DNA from: the human T2T-CHM13v2.0 reference genome, Homo sapiens
DNA: 64,000 bases
Assembly: GCF_009914755.1 (NCBI RefSeq)
Contig: NC_060937.1
Direction: 5' to 3' (one strand)
A program made the translations under genes and the position numbers. The stretch's first letter is position 1, and the number at the start of each line of letters is the position of its first letter. The notes under the pieces are model-generated. The model ran no database searches and was not told the origin of the DNA. It saw only the letters and a list, made by a program, of their open reading frames with translations. This document shows, one piece after another, positions 61,860 to 64,000 of this stretch.

Positions 61860-62575
61860 TTGTTTGTTTGTTTTTTCTAAAGAATTTAAAACGTAAACAT
61901 ATGCAAACAGAATAGCACAATGAACCTAATGGTCATCTTCAACAATTATCAACTCATAGCCAATTCGTTACACACTCCCTGAACCTTCCCCTGATATTAC
62001 TTGAAGTGAATACTAGAAACAAAATCATCTCATCTCTAAGCATTTCCATATGTATCTCTAAAAAAATTCTTCTCTAAACAAAACTGCAATACTATTACTA
62101 CATCTAAAAAACTTACAACAATCCCTTAACATCATCAAATCTCCCATGTGTTCAAACTGCCAATTGTATCATGAATGTCATATTTTCTTTTAACAAAATA
62201 TTTGAGTCAGGATCCAAATAAGGTCCACACATTGCAGTAGACTTTTAAAGAAATCAACAGACTCCCCCTCCATTTCTCTTTTTTTTACCCTCTCAAAACT
62301 TATTTATTGAGGAAACGTCTTTCTTTCCCGCTCTTTCCTTCAGTCTGGATGTGGCTGATTACATCTTTTTGGCGTAACGTAATATATTCCTCTAACCCCT
62401 GTATTTCCTAAAAATTGGAAATTAGATAGAAAGGCCTGGTTAGATTCAGGTTTGAGCTTGTTGTTTGTTTAGTCAAGACTATTTCATACTGCTTTCTTCC
62501 ATCAGAAGGGACGTAATGTCTGGGTTTCACTTTTTTTGTGCTGTGAGCAGCCACTGATGTTCAGCGCCAAGTCTC
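61860..62575 (-). mobile_element. L1MC-like 3' fragment
   Basis: caatactattactacatctaaaaaacttacaacaatccc...tttgagtcaggatccaaataaggtccacacattgc; same family as 34046-35200. Confidence 0.7.
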
Positions 62576-63074
62576 AGTATTTTGGGTTTTCCCAGGGCCC
62601 CAGGTCCTCATTTGTTCACTGTCACTCAGTGAGCTGGGGCATCTGGTCAGACCTAAGGTCTTCAGCTTTAGCCAGCTAAGAACTTTCAGGGACCCATCAC
62701 CCCAAAGTTATGCTTTTTCAGAATGATTTTGTGAAAATAAACATATTCAATTCAATTCATGAAACTTCAGTACATAAATAAAATTGTACCAAAATATAGA
62801 ACAAAGACAAATTTTTAAAGTATACGAAGTCTTTCTATTCTTACTTGAAGTATACTGTTCTTACTTGATGAATGGCATCATTATTTTGAGCTTCCTTTGC
62901 CATAATCAGTTTCCACTTGTTGGTTAAATACCCATTGTGTATTCTGTGCTAATTTTGCTTTACTACTTATTTAATGCTCTTTAAAAACCAGGATATCTGA
63001 ATGTGTAGATCTTGGATTTCATGCAACTGGTGTGCTGCAGTAGAACTGCAAGCAGAAGCATACCTTTACAGTTC

Positions 63075-64000
63075 TCTTTTCTTTTCTTTATTTTTTATTT
63101 TTATTTTTTGTGGGTACATAGTAGGTGTATATATTTATAGGGTACATGAGATGTTTTGATATAGGCATGCAATGCATAATAATCACATCATGGAGAATGG
63201 GTGTCCATCCTCTGAAGCATTATCCTTTGTGTTACAGACAGTTCAGTTACGCTCTTTTAGTTACTTTAAAGTGCACAATTAAATTATTATTCGCTATCAT
63301 CACCCTGTTGTGTTATCAAATACTAGGTCTTATTCATTCTTTCTAACTTTTTTTTTTACCCATTAACTATCCCCACCTCCCCACTAACCCCCCACTATCC
63401 TTCCCAGCCTCTAATAAACATCCTTCTACTCTGTGTCTATGAGTTCAATTGTTTTAATCTTTAGATCCCACAAATAAGTGAGAACATGCAATGTTTATCT
63501 TTCTGTGCTTGGCTTACTTCACTTAATGACCTCCAGTTCCATCCATGTTGTTGCAAATGACAGGATCTCATTTCTTTTTTATGGCTGAATAGTACTTCAT
63601 CGTGTATATGTGTCACATTTTCTTTATCCATTCATCTCTTGATGGACACTTAGGTTGCTTCTAAATCTTGGCTATTGTGCACAGAGCTGCAACAAATGTG
63701 GGAGTGCAGATATCTTTTCCAAATACTGATTTCCTCTCAGTATTTGGAAAAGATTGCTGGATCATATGGTAGCTCTATTTCTAGTTTTTTGAGAAACCTC
63801 CGAACTGTTCTCCATAGTGGTTGTACTAATTTACATTCCCACCAACCAGTGTATGAAGGTTCCCTTTTCTCCATATGCTTGCCAGCATTTGTTGTTGCCT
63901 GTCTTTTGGATATAAGCCATTTTAACTGGGGTGTGATGGTTTCTCACTGTAGTTTTGACTTGCATTTCTCTGATGATCAGTGATGTTGAGCACCTTTCAT
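63075..64000 (-). mobile_element. L1MA (MA1-3-like) 3' end, runs off the window
   Basis: T tail followed by gtgggtacatagtaggtgtatatatttatagggtacatgag, then ORF2 C-terminal sequence. Confidence 0.92.

Overview
Primate genomic DNA, almost certainly human, containing the 5' end of FRY (furry homolog, chr13q13) on the + strand. It holds a CpG-island promoter/5'UTR (~50-690), coding exon 1 (665-734), a 46,972-nt intron 1, coding exon 2 (47707-47906) and the first ~16 kb of intron 2. Exon 3 is not in the window. The rest is intronic and full of interspersed repeats: ~18 Alus, a 1.9-kb 5'-truncated L1PA nested in an older L1MB, a THE1 solo LTR, MIR/L2/MER fragments and microsatellites. Nearly all ORFs in the supplied track are spurious or repeat-derived. 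The most interesting signal is at 29.5-30.05 kb in intron 1. Two separate ATG-initiated mini-exons there each end in a good phase-1 donor, so each splices in frame to exon 2 and gives alternative FRY N-termini. Other leads are a uORF-laden leader with an internal 3' splice site, a candidate L2-derived poison exon in intron 2, inverted-Alu pairs, a perfect 40-bp tandem duplication and several enhancer-like motif clusters. I found no evidence for a wholly new gene or system beyond these. Repeat subfamily names and boundaries are by eye and approximate.
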